From: a virus
Reading direction: 5' to 3' (one strand)
Virus record (IMG/VR): IMGVR_UViG_3300045971_000674
Location: 45,230-109,229 of that record
DNA: 64,000 nucleotides
Shown here one piece after another: positions 36,946 through 45,954 of the stretch (the first letter of the stretch is position 1; each line of letters starts with the position of its first letter). A model generated the notes under the pieces. That model did no database searches. It was given only the letters and a program-made list of their open reading frames with translations, and had not been told where the DNA came from. The translations under genes and the position numbers were made by a program.

Positions 36946-36982
36946 TAGTGTAACGATCCTCCCCGTAGGGAGGATGTAACCA

Positions 36983-37834
36983 CTACCACTTGAGCAATTC
37001 AGCCCTCGTCAGGATCTGAGTCATCAGCGGCTTGGCATCACCGAAGAGGATGTCCACGGCTTCCTCTTCTTTCGACAGCCACACGTCCATCTCCTTGATC
37101 TCGGTGCGCGTGATTTCCTTGGTCGCCCTGAACTGCTCCCAGTACGCCTCAGGCACGCGCTCGAAGTCTGCCGTCTCGATCGGTCTGGTCACCGTGATCC
37201 GCTTCACGAAGGTGCCGCGCTTGAAGAATGGCGGGTAGTCGTTGAAGTTGATGCCCTTCTCCTTGAACATCTTCTCCTGCATCTCGGGCCCATGCAGCCC
37301 CTGCAGCGACTTGTGCGAGAACATCGACTGAGCAGCCATGGAGATGGCGTTCTTGGTTGCGTCCTGCTGCCGCCACAGGAAGGCGTGGTAGGCTTCCTTG
37401 ATGTTCGGCACCACGAAGGAACGTGCATCGAAGATCGGCAGCTTGTCAGCCTTCTCAGGAATGAGGGTGGGAAGCAGACGGTTGAAGACTGCTGTGGCAT
37501 AGGCTGCGAGCAGGCTCTCGAGCTTCTGGAACCGACCCGAGAATGGGTACTCCGTGGTCTCATGCGGAGCGGAGTACCAAGCGAGGGTGATCTCGTCGGA
37601 CTGCGTGTAGCCCACCTTGGCTTGGAAGTGATCGACCAGTGCGGTCGTGACCTGCACCATGAGCTTCGAAAGGCGCTCATCGTAAGGCCGCTTCAGGCCC
37701 TTGCAGAAGGTGTGGAAGCTCTTGCCGTCCAGGCGGACGATCAGTGGCTGGCCCTTGAATGCGACACGGGATGTCGTGGGCTGCTCGTACGACTTCATCC
37801 GGTCGCCAAGCGTAGTTTTGTCTGTAGCTGACAT
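36983..37834 (-). CDS. thg1: tRNA(His) guanylyltransferase Thg1-like protein (3'-5' polymerase family)
   Basis: VRLDGKSFH, GYTQSDEI, FSGRFQKL, FDARSF, WRQQDATKNAI, KRGTF. Confidence 0.9.
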   Translation of the reverse strand: MSATDKTTLGDRMKSYEQPTTSRVAFKGQPLIVRLDGKSFHTFCKGLKRPYDERLSKLMVQVTTALVDHFQAKVGYTQSDEITLAWYSAPHETTEYPFSGRFQKLESLLAAYATAVFNRLLPTLIPEKADKLPIFDARSFVVPNIKEAYHAFLWRQQDATKNAISMAAQSMFSHKSLQGLHGPEMQEKMFKEKGINFNDYPPFFKRGTFVKRITVTRPIETADFERVPEAYWEQFRATKEITRTEIKEMDVWLSKEEEAVDILFGDAKPLMTQILTRAELLKW

Positions 37835-37887
37835 GGTCTCGTTCTCCGAGGTAGTGGAAAGAACCCTCTCGTGAAGGGTGTAAGTGT

Positions 37888-37917
37888 ATTGTAACCCGTT
37901 GAACCCGAAGGTGTCAA
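37888..37917 (-). promoter_or_regulatory. sigma70-type promoter for the Thg1-like gene
   Basis: TTGACA-N18-TACAAT on the minus strand. Confidence 0.75.
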
Positions 37918-37923
37918 CAAAAA

Positions 37924-38349
37924 TCAGGTTAGAACGCGGTTCGCTCTGTTCAGAACGTAGAAGTACTTGGTGCTGTCGTCCAAGCTGAAGGGGTCGAGGT
38001 CGATCTGGGCTTGCATCAGGAAACAGACGAGGGCCGACATGTTGGCCCAGTACTCATTCAGCACATCAAGTTCCATCTCATCCCGAGACAGTGGACTTGG
38101 AATCCCCTTCTTCCAGGCTTCTAGCACCGAAGCCATCTTGGTTGGCAGGTCACCTAGCTGGCCGATGCAGAAGTTGAGCTCTGCAGTTCGCATCTCATCT
38201 GCTCTCGACTGCATCGGGTATCGCTCAAGGTAGAAGACGGTGTGCTCAAACAGGAGATCAACCTGTCGTAACAACCCGATGTAAGCAATCTCTGCCTGAA
38301 CTATGAGCTCAGATCGAAGCTGGTGGTTTGTGTGCATGCGGTCTCCCAT
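37924..38349 (-). CDS. hypothetical protein
   Basis: 141 aa, GGAGG RBS region and TAAATA at 38356-38361. Confidence 0.5.
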   Translation of the reverse strand: MGDRMHTNHQLRSELIVQAEIAYIGLLRQVDLLFEHTVFYLERYPMQSRADEMRTAELNFCIGQLGDLPTKMASVLEAWKKGIPSPLSRDEMELDVLNEYWANMSALVCFLMQAQIDLDPFSLDDSTKYFYVLNRANRVLT

Positions 38350-38386
38350 GTGTCATATTTACGCCCTCCATACCCATCCAACCCGA

Positions 38387-38392
38387 TAAATA
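38387..38392 (+). promoter_or_regulatory. late-type promoter TAAATA driving the AAA/peptidase/vWA operon
   Basis: Same motif as upstream of structural genes; 30 nt before ATG 38422. Confidence 0.65.
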
Positions 38393-38421
38393 GGTGGTAC
38401 AATCCCACCCAGGAAGTTAGA

Positions 38422-38685
38422 ATGAAACTTCATCACTTCATCACGGCGCAGCCTTCCGAAGCAGCTAACCGTGTGCGAGATTTGGGCAAGGCGCTTTCGC
38501 CTGCCAAGTTGCCAGTTGTCTCTCTGCCAGAGCCAGTCGTTGAAACTCAGGAAGATCCTGTTGAAGACACCGGTCCAGTTGCTGAACCACATGAGAAGGA
38601 AGCACATCGCCGCCATGCTCATGAACAAGCCAAGGGCAGCAAAGCTTGCCATCACGTGCATGTCATGTACGACAACTACAGCTAA
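38422..38685 (+). CDS. small protein with His-rich C-terminus
   Basis: 87 aa, HEKEAHRRHAHEQ...CHHVHV. First gene after TAAATA. Confidence 0.55.
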   Translation: MKLHHFITAQPSEAANRVRDLGKALSPAKLPVVSLPEPVVETQEDPVEDTGPVAEPHEKEAHRRHAHEQAKGSKACHHVHVMYDNYS

Positions 38686-38694
38686 GAGAGCAAC

Positions 38695-41244
38695 ATGAGA
38701 AAACTCGAAGTAGCTGCCCTTGACGTCAGCGGCAAAATCAAGACCCTCGAGCATATCTTTGACGATATGCACACACGGTCTCGTGGTCTCGGCCAATCTG
38801 GTTACCTTCTCGGTGGCGACACCGGTGTGGGCAAGACTTCATTCGTTCGTGACCTAGCACAGCTGCTCGGCCTCGAGCTGGTGATGATCGAAACACCACA
38901 CATCGTTGAAGAACACATCATCGACATCCCATTCATCGTGGTCAAGCCAAATGGCGAAGCCTCGACGAAGCGTGAGGTTGTCGATACCAAGTCGTCTCGC
39001 GCTGAGTTCGACATCAAGTTCGCCAAGTCGCACCTGTTCACCACTCTCGTGGCCTCGAAGCAAGCGCCTGATGCAGCTCTTCTGGCCCAAGTGCAGAAGC
39101 GTCAAGACCTCTTCATGATCTGGGAAAAGCTTGGTGGCACCGCTACCACAATCCCTGACGAGATCAAGCAACTGCGCGCCAAGTTCAAGACGATCTTGTT
39201 CCTGGACGAATACTTCCGCCAGACTTCGAACTCTATCCGCAACATGCTGCGTTCGATCCTGAACGGTCGCATCGGTCAGAACACCATCCCTGCTGACATT
39301 TACGTTCTGTTTGCTTCGAACCTGGTTGACAGCGGCGTTGGCGACATCCTCGAGAACGAGGACTTCGTCATGATGAACTTTGACACGCCGAACTTGGACG
39401 AGTGGTTTGCGTACCTCATCACGAAGTACAAGAACAACCCGAAGATCAAGCTCGACGAGGAACTGCTGCACGACTTCTACAAACTGATGAAGAAGAATGC
39501 AGGATCGTTGTCCACTGACGACATGGCTGCGGACGTTCGCGTCTCGCCACGCCGTTGGGAACAGCTCGTGGTGTACCTGTCAACTGCCCTTCCGGTCAAG
39601 GACCAGCGCGATGCTGACTTGCTGCTGAAGAACGTTGCTGTCAACTTCCAGAACTACGTCGATGGCAAGCAGGCCGAAATCGCCAAGGACGTTCTCAAGA
39701 CCGTCAAGGACCTGATCAAGGAACGCCAGGAAATCACCGGTGACGAGAAGAACGTCAAGGACCACGACTGGCGCGAAACCCTCGAGCATCAGATCAAGAC
39801 ACGCATGAAGGCAGGCGAGGCACGCAAGTACGTGCCTGTCATCGCTGGCCCTCCTGGTGCTGGCAAGACCAAGCACATCAAGGACATCGCTACTGACCTG
39901 AACCTGGTGCCGATCGTCATCGACGTTCAGAATGCTTCTCCTGAAGAAGCCATCGGCGTTCCACTCGCCAAGGAAGGCAAGAACGACAGCATCGAGGTGG
40001 CATTCTCCAAGCCGCCAATGAACGATGACATCCAGAACCAGATGAAGGAAGGCGAGAAGCACCTCAAGGAACGTCTCATCAAGTTCCACGGTGCAGATGC
40101 AGGTGGCAAGATGTTCGCTGCTTGGCAGAAGTCCGACACGAAGTACCTGATCTTCTTCGACGAATTGAACCGCACGAACGTCAAGGTGTTCAACGCCATG
40201 CGTAAGGTGCTGCTCGAGAAGGAGTTCAACGACGAGTACAAGCTGCCACCCGAATCGATCCTCGTGGCCGCCATCAACCCAACGGGTAAGGGCGTCATCG
40301 AACTGACCAAGCACGTTCGCGACGTGTTCGACGTCATTCCGGTTGGTTTGGATTGGAACCAGTTCCAGAAGCACCTCGGCACGATCAACCTCGGTGTAGA
40401 CCCAGTCGTTGCTGACTTCTCCCGCAATGTCATCACTGCATTTGCAGATCGCTTCAAGCTCAAGGGCGGTGCCCCAGGCAACATCGATCCACACTTCTAC
40501 CTGAGCATCGGCCCAACGCCGCTGTACATCTCAGGCCGTGAGTACAACAAGATGCTGGTGCTTGTGGCCCAGGGTGCTGAACGCGCCTACCAACGGGAAG
40601 TGGCTCACCTCGGTGAACCAGGTCACGAAGTGGACAAGAGTGAAGCCAAGGTCCGTGGTGCAATCGCCGACAAACTGATCCATGCCCTCGACCACATTAT
40701 CAAGAACAAGCACGGCGTTGACGCGCCCGAGTTCAATGGTGACCTGCGCGAATGGGCTCTGACCACTGACGGCTTCTCACTGGGCGACGCCTTCAAGAAG
40801 AAGGTCAAGACCATCAAGAACCTGTCTGCTCTGCTCGACCGCTCGTTCGCTGACCAAAGCGAAGACCTGTTCAACGAGCAGGAATTCATCAACTACGTTA
40901 CGTCTGTCGACGCCACGGTCTTCAAGGAAGACCTGACCGAGTTCATGACCAACGCTGTGATGAAGGATGCCAAGAACGCCTTCGCCAAGTTCGGCAAGGA
41001 GAAGACCCTGGCAGGCACAAAGGCCAAGGTTACTGCCAAGGAAGTGTCCAAGCTGGAGTTCATCACACGCGAAGTGCTGCACGCCCTCAAGCTGCATGAC
41101 ATCTCCAACAAGATGATGCAGATGGTGAAGGTCGCTGTTCGTGACACCCTCGAGAAGGTTGCTGACGCTGAGTCAGACACCATCATGGACGTCATGAACT
41201 TCAGCCGCGAGATGAACGCCTACATCAAGAAACTATCAGTGTGA
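38695..41244 (+). CDS. tandem (double) AAA+ ATPase, MoxR/dynein-related clade
   Basis: Two modules: GDTGVGKT...FLDEYFR...FASN and GPPGAGKT...FFDELNR...AAINP. Confidence 0.85.
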   Translation: MRKLEVAALDVSGKIKTLEHIFDDMHTRSRGLGQSGYLLGGDTGVGKTSFVRDLAQLLGLELVMIETPHIVEEHIIDIPFIVVKPNGEASTKREVVDTKSSRAEFDIKFAKSHLFTTLVASKQAPDAALLAQVQKRQDLFMIWEKLGGTATTIPDEIKQLRAKFKTILFLDEYFRQTSNSIRNMLRSILNGRIGQNTIPADIYVLFASNLVDSGVGDILENEDFVMMNFDTPNLDEWFAYLITKYKNNPKIKLDEELLHDFYKLMKKNAGSLSTDDMAADVRVSPRRWEQLVVYLSTALPVKDQRDADLLLKNVAVNFQNYVDGKQAEIAKDVLKTVKDLIKERQEITGDEKNVKDHDWRETLEHQIKTRMKAGEARKYVPVIAGPPGAGKTKHIKDIATDLNLVPIVIDVQNASPEEAIGVPLAKEGKNDSIEVAFSKPPMNDDIQNQMKEGEKHLKERLIKFHGADAGGKMFAAWQKSDTKYLIFFDELNRTNVKVFNAMRKVLLEKEFNDEYKLPPESILVAAINPTGKGVIELTKHVRDVFDVIPVGLDWNQFQKHLGTINLGVDPVVADFSRNVITAFADRFKLKGGAPGNIDPHFYLSIGPTPLYISGREYNKMLVLVAQGAERAYQREVAHLGEPGHEVDKSEAKVRGAIADKLIHALDHIIKNKHGVDAPEFNGDLREWALTTDGFSLGDAFKKKVKTIKNLSALLDRSFADQSEDLFNEQEFINYVTSVDATVFKEDLTEFMTNAVMKDAKNAFAKFGKEKTLAGTKAKVTAKEVSKLEFITREVLHALKLHDISNKMMQMVKVAVRDTLEKVADAESDTIMDVMNFSREMNAYIKKLSV

Positions 41245-42440
41245 AGCCAAACGAAAAACGTCTGCGCCAGCTCTTCGCTGGTACACATCGTCTGACCGAA
41301 GACAACGTCAAGCGGGCTATCGGCAGCGGGGTGCTTCCCACCTCGTCACTGTCTGACCCGCACATTCGTAAGATCATCGATCACATCCACAAGACCTCGA
41401 AGATCTCCGTGGCTGACATCGAGGATGAGATCAGCAGCGAAGTTGCACGCATTGCCAAGCAACATGCCAAGTCGCCATTGCTCTTTGGTTCGATGATGGC
41501 CAATGCTGTTGAGGCCGCGCTCTTCGACATGTTCTCTCCGAAGGCAGCCCGCACGAAGCCTGAGCACAACCTTCGCAAGCGCAAGAACAATGCCGGCGAA
41601 GACGAGATCGTGCCAAAGATCCAGGCGGTTCCCAAGTCAACCGTGCCAAAGTGGGATCCGGTCATCTTCTCGGCACTTGTTCGTCGCATCAAGGCTGAGA
41701 ACCAGTCCATCTTCCCGCTGCGTAACTTCTACAACAAGAAGCCGATCATCTCTCCGCGCATCATCTATGTGCCGAGCAAGCATGAGGTAGATCAAAAGCA
41801 GTTCGGCGACATCGACACCGCTGCTGCCACGCCGAAGGGTGAGTTCATCTTCAATCTGCACTTCATGCAGCAGTGCATGGACTTCTCCCACACCAAGGGC
41901 ATCAAGCCGAAGGGCAAGAAGTACGTGAGCAATGGTGGTGAGTTCCCCGATGAATACTGCATGATCGAGTTCCTGATCCTGCACGAGTTCTTCCACTACA
42001 CCCATGCCGACTTCCACTACCACAAGGTGCTGAAGGACGACGAGGGCAAGAAGGCTGTTGGCAAGATCATCAACTGGGTCGGCGACTTCCGCACCAACTA
42101 CGACTTGATCAAGGCTGGTCATGAAGGCATTCCGATGGGTCTGTACAACGAGCTGGTCAACTACGACCGCCAGTACACCTACGAAGAGATGTACAACCTC
42201 GTCAAGAACGAGTTGAAGAAGCTGAAAGAGAAGAAGGTGCCGAAGGTCGGCGACCTCGTCAAGGATCTCAAAGGTAAGGGCTACCACATCGTCACTGCTG
42301 TCGACATGGTCAAGGGCGAGGTTGATGCTCGTCCAGCCACGCAGGCCGAGATCGATGCTGTGTTGAAGCCAGCACCCGCCCCACAGATCGTTCAGGTAAA
42401 GGGTGGGCCAGCTCCCGCCAGTTCAGCAGGTAATCCATGA
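41241..42440 (+). CDS. HEXXH metallopeptidase-like protein (DUF2201_N-like)
   Basis: IDTAAAT, ILHEFFH, NWVGDFRTN. Small SH3-like segment (PKVGDLV...) near the C-terminus. Confidence 0.75.
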   Translation: MKPNEKRLRQLFAGTHRLTEDNVKRAIGSGVLPTSSLSDPHIRKIIDHIHKTSKISVADIEDEISSEVARIAKQHAKSPLLFGSMMANAVEAALFDMFSPKAARTKPEHNLRKRKNNAGEDEIVPKIQAVPKSTVPKWDPVIFSALVRRIKAENQSIFPLRNFYNKKPIISPRIIYVPSKHEVDQKQFGDIDTAAATPKGEFIFNLHFMQQCMDFSHTKGIKPKGKKYVSNGGEFPDEYCMIEFLILHEFFHYTHADFHYHKVLKDDEGKKAVGKIINWVGDFRTNYDLIKAGHEGIPMGLYNELVNYDRQYTYEEMYNLVKNELKKLKEKKVPKVGDLVKDLKGKGYHIVTAVDMVKGEVDARPATQAEIDAVLKPAPAPQIVQVKGGPAPASSAGNP

Positions 42441-43585
42441 GCAAGTTCACACTAGACGAGATTGAAGTTGTCGAAGGCCCTTCGAAGAAGAAAAAGAAGG
42501 GTCAGGGCGGTGGTGGCGGTCAAGGCGAACCACAACCCGGTGGCGGTGGTGAACCCGGCGACGAAGAGGGCGACGGTTCTGGTGGTGAGGGTGAAGGCGA
42601 AGGTGAAGAGGGCGACGAAGAGGGTGAAGGCGCTGGCGGTGAAGCTGGTGAAGAACTCGACCGTCGTTCTGGCGATGACCACAGCACCCACCATGGCGAA
42701 GATGAGGATGATCCTGATGGTGAAACACCATCCAAGGAAGACCTAGAGAAGCATAGCAAGAAGGTCTCCAAGGCCACTGGCGAGAAGGACGAAGGAGCCA
42801 AGGCCGGCAAGGCTGGTGACGATCGTCCTGGCGAGAAGAGCGGCCGAGGCGGTCCTGGTTCCCACACCAATCTCCAACCGCATGAGGTCGATTGGGCTTC
42901 CATTCGTCCACGCTACAACTGGAAGGATCTGTTGGCTCGTCTGATCCACGCATCCGACTCTACCGAAATCACCTACCAGAAGGTGCACCGTCGTGCTGTC
43001 ACTTCGATGCACACGGCTGCTCAGACCGGCGCTGGCGTAGTTCGCCCAGGCGAGAAGGACTTCCCAGCCAACCTGGTGAAGCTCTGCATTGTCATCGACT
43101 CATCTGGCTCCATGTCGAGCGCCATCAAGACAGTGTTCGCGAACATCTCCAAGCTGTTCACTGAGAACTCGGCTGGCATTGCAAAGGAGTTCGCAATCGT
43201 CGAATTCTCAGGCAACTTCCACCCGTATGCGTGCACGCTGAATGGCAAGGCAGGTACTGCTCGAGCCATCACGGGTGTAGAGGGCATGAAGGGCGCGGGT
43301 GGCGGGGAGCGTGTCGATCTGTCTGTGATCCTGAGTCGCCATGAGGGCGGTGGTACCAACTTCGACGAGCCGCTGGTGACTTGCCTGAAGGGGTTCGTCA
43401 AGGAGAAGTACAACGTGCTGGTCCTGACAGACCACGACATCACATCAGGTGGCAATCGTGAGAGCTTCTTGGACCTCTACGCATCCAACCACCAGCAGGT
43501 CTTCCTGATCCTCGACAGCAAGGAGACCTTCGTGAGTGTGATCAAGAGTCTGAAGCAGGCATCTGCCAACATCAGCCACATGTGA
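42437..43585 (+). CDS. vWA-domain protein (DUF2201-like) with acidic Gly/Glu linker
   Basis: MIDAS VIDSSGSMS, GGGTNF, VLTD. G/E-rich N-terminal tract. Confidence 0.8.
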   Translation: MSKFTLDEIEVVEGPSKKKKKGQGGGGGQGEPQPGGGGEPGDEEGDGSGGEGEGEGEEGDEEGEGAGGEAGEELDRRSGDDHSTHHGEDEDDPDGETPSKEDLEKHSKKVSKATGEKDEGAKAGKAGDDRPGEKSGRGGPGSHTNLQPHEVDWASIRPRYNWKDLLARLIHASDSTEITYQKVHRRAVTSMHTAAQTGAGVVRPGEKDFPANLVKLCIVIDSSGSMSSAIKTVFANISKLFTENSAGIAKEFAIVEFSGNFHPYACTLNGKAGTARAITGVEGMKGAGGGERVDLSVILSRHEGGGTNFDEPLVTCLKGFVKEKYNVLVLTDHDITSGGNRESFLDLYASNHQQVFLILDSKETFVSVIKSLKQASANISHM

Positions 43586-43604
43586 TCCTACACCAGACAA
43601 AACA

Positions 43605-43624
43605 AAAGGGCCTCCGGGCCCTTT
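43605..43624. terminator. bidirectional rho-independent terminator
   Basis: AAAGGGCC-TCCG-GGCCCTTT between convergent units. Confidence 0.8.
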
Positions 43625-43678
43625 GTGGTGCTATCTAGCAATGCCCAGGCAGCGCGGTGCGCTATCTTGAAGCTAATG

Positions 43679-43939
43679 CTATTCCGGGAGCGGCTGATAG
43701 CGGGGAGAGTGGTGATACCTCGAGCGCAGATCACCGACCGATATCTTGAACGGCGATCTGTTGACGTGATTCTCATCTGCGTGCATTCCGATTTCAGCAG
43801 CTTCGAGTTCGACATCGAAGCAGCTGACTGATCGGATCTTCACGAAGGCGTCATGGCTGTTGGCACGCCAGATATTCCCTTCAATGAGAGGATAGTTGCA
43901 GGTGCGAATAGCGGGTTGGGGGCGAAAAACGGTATTCAT
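43679..43939 (-). CDS. hypothetical protein
   Basis: 86 aa with its own TG-A-TATAAT promoter (43976-43981). Atypical, AT-richer codons. Confidence 0.45.
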   Translation of the reverse strand: MNTVFRPQPAIRTCNYPLIEGNIWRANSHDAFVKIRSVSCFDVELEAAEIGMHADENHVNRSPFKISVGDLRSRYHHSPRYQPLPE

Positions 43940-44023
43940 TTCAAGCACTTTCCAATCAATTTAAGACACAAGATCATTATATCATGGTCCTGGAAAGTGT
44001 GTAGGAAATAATGTAACGCCGCG

Positions 44024-44233
44024 TTAACGACGTGACGATCTGGGTGGCCCGTAATCTTCCCTACGCTCCACGCCGCTGAACGTGTAGTGGAACATGCCCT
44101 CGCCATCATCGCAGTCGACGAAGTCATGCAGCACGTGGTCGCCGTTGCAGATTGTGGTGTACCACTTGCCTTTGAAGAGAACCCACTTGCCGCCCTTCCA
44201 CCAGCGGTAGAGCTTGAAATTAGAGAGCTTCAT
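44024..44233 (-). CDS. hypothetical Trp/Lys-rich protein
   Basis: 69 aa from ATG 44233. Confidence 0.5.
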   Translation of the reverse strand: MKLSNFKLYRWWKGGKWVLFKGKWYTTICNGDHVLHDFVDCDDGEGMFHYTFSGVERREDYGPPRSSRR

Positions 44234-45014
44234 AGCGCGCCTTGATGTCTGCGGAGAGTGCGTTCTCGGGAGCAGCTTGCCAAGAACCCGGAACTCGGCC
44301 TTCAGGTTGCAGGAATTGAATGGCGCTGAATTTGGTGTGACCCTTGGGGTCGTAGGCCATCTCGTGACAGAGGATCTGCGTGGCCATCTTCGCGTGTTCG
44401 CCGCCCAGCAATCCGCCGAACATGGCGAGTTCGCGGGTGGCCGCGTGAATGCGCTGATACAGAACCGCCCGCAGTTGGTCGGCACCAGCCAGGTAGATGT
44501 TCGTGTGATCGCTCCAACGCACCAGCTCGAAGATCACCGTCAAGGCGTTCATGCGAGTGCAGGTCTGGTAGTAGTTGTTCAGCGAGTTCGTGAAGGCGCC
44601 CAAGCAGGTCGGGTTGCCCTCTTGGCTCTGCCAGATCACATCGACACCGTACGTATCCTTGAACGCTGCAAGCAGCACCTTGTCGCTGAAGTTGGGGCAG
44701 GCGCCAATGTGGTAGCGCGAAAAGCGTTTTGCCTCTTCAAACGCGTCGATCACGCGCTTGACGCGGTCATCGACCGTGCAGTACCGGTTGCGCAGCTTGG
44801 CCGGGATCTCCACCAGCCGGGCGAAGTGCTCGCCCATGATGGCTTTGACGACGTTCTTGAACTCTTCACCGTGTGGAACTTCGGCCCGCGGATCGTACTG
44901 ATCACGACAGCCCTCGACCACGTAGGTGCAGAGCTCAGTAACGATCTTCCACCGGGCCTGCAGCTCCTCGAGCGGGTAGGTCTCGATGAAGAAGGGGCAG
45001 AACTCAGAAGTCAT
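44220..45014 (-). CDS. hypothetical protein with similarity to the C-terminal half of the class Ia aminoacyl-tRNA synthetase (IleRS-like) catalytic domain
   Basis: NIYLAGADQLR and QILCHEMAYDPKGHTKFS resemble IleRS DLYLEGSDQHR and VLTHGFV.D.KG.KMSKS. No HIGH motif seen. Confidence 0.4.
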   Translation of the reverse strand: MTSEFCPFFIETYPLEELQARWKIVTELCTYVVEGCRDQYDPRAEVPHGEEFKNVVKAIMGEHFARLVEIPAKLRNRYCTVDDRVKRVIDAFEEAKRFSRYHIGACPNFSDKVLLAAFKDTYGVDVIWQSQEGNPTCLGAFTNSLNNYYQTCTRMNALTVIFELVRWSDHTNIYLAGADQLRAVLYQRIHAATRELAMFGGLLGGEHAKMATQILCHEMAYDPKGHTKFSAIQFLQPEGRVPGSWQAAPENALSADIKARYEAL

Positions 45015-45432
45015 GATCGAGGTCTCCGAAGTTGCTGTCGTTGTCGCCTTCGTTTGTGTTGATCTCGAGGAAACCGAACACGAGGACACCGTTGACCTCG
45101 AAGCACTCGAACGGCCGGGAGAACTTGATCAGATGCGTGGTTGCATCCAGCTCCTTGCCATCGAGATGTTCCAGCGGGATGATGCCGATGGTGCCTGAAT
45201 CCACGAGGAACTTGCGCTTGCCTGAGCTGTACTCGCCGTCACCGAACTTGGTGTAGAAGGCGACGACAGAACCAGGAAGCCCGTTGGCGCGTGTCCAGGT
45301 CGACTGACATTGGTGTTTGAAGTTCCCGCAGTTGTCCAACACTTCATCCCAGTTGTCGTCGGGGATGTTGTAGGCGGGATCTCCCACGACGTAGGAGCCA
45401 GCCGGCAAGGTCACGCGCATGGGGTTGGTCAT
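45004..45432 (-). CDS. hypothetical protein (GDP.Y...GDGEY...VDSG.IG motif family)
   Basis: 142 aa with a recurrent phage/bacterial motif pattern. Confidence 0.6.
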   Translation of the reverse strand: MTNPMRVTLPAGSYVVGDPAYNIPDDNWDEVLDNCGNFKHQCQSTWTRANGLPGSVVAFYTKFGDGEYSSGKRKFLVDSGTIGIIPLEHLDGKELDATTHLIKFSRPFECFEVNGVLVFGFLEINTNEGDNDSNFGDLDHDF

Positions 45433-45434
45433 GA

Positions 45435-45869
45435 TCAGCAGACGATGTCGAAGACGGTTTCCGACACCGGCACGATCTTGCAGGTGCTGGCGGGTTGGTA
45501 GTCCTTGTTGCCGGCCAAGCGCTGAGCGGCGACTTCGGTCATCGTGTTCGACTTGCCGGCCGTCACGACCTCGAGGGCGCGCTGTGCAGCATCGACAGTC
45601 TGGGCGCGGCGCTCAACGTGATTCGGCATGCCGATGATCTTCGGCACCTTGCGTTCGGGGGCGGAGGCAGAGCCGTCGGGTTGCAGGATGGGATTGACGG
45701 GGTGCATCTCGTCTTCCAGCGGTTGCGGCAGCGAGAGCGCGTACTTCTCGGCTTGATTCTTCGCAAGGATCGTGGCACCGCCAGCGGCGATCCATGCCGG
45801 TCCCATGGCGCAACCTGAAGCCAGTGCGATGGTGGTCAGAGCGGCGAGAGTGGTCAGAGTGCGCTTCAT
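45435..45869 (-). CDS. putative lipoprotein
   Basis: Signal peptide with lipobox ASG-C; first gene after an early promoter. Confidence 0.65.
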   Translation of the reverse strand: MKRTLTTLAALTTIALASGCAMGPAWIAAGGATILAKNQAEKYALSLPQPLEDEMHPVNPILQPDGSASAPERKVPKIIGMPNHVERRAQTVDAAQRALEVVTAGKSNTMTEVAAQRLAGNKDYQPASTCKIVPVSETVFDIVC

Positions 45870-45901
45870 GATGGACCTTTCGGTTGTTGGGTTGATGATT
45901 G

Positions 45902-45944
45902 ATTATACATCAACCTGCGCCCACGTGCACATCTAAAGTGTAAC
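45902..45944 (-). promoter_or_regulatory. early promoter (GTTACA box / GTGCAC / extended -10 TG-TATAAT)
   Basis: GTTACA-N31-TATAAT; same architecture at 48156-48198 and 56223-56265. Confidence 0.75.
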
Positions 45945-45954
45945 GCCGTGTATC

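Noticed and set aside
38359-38796. 145-aa minus-strand ORF with apparent TM segments
   Set aside because: It is the antisense shadow of the His-rich gene and the ATPase start; the plus strand has the promoter, RBS and codon bias.
42420-42450. Programmed frameshift fusing the peptidase and vWA ORFs
   Set aside because: No slippery sequence is visible; the junction is an ordinary ATGA overlap with an upstream AGGT.
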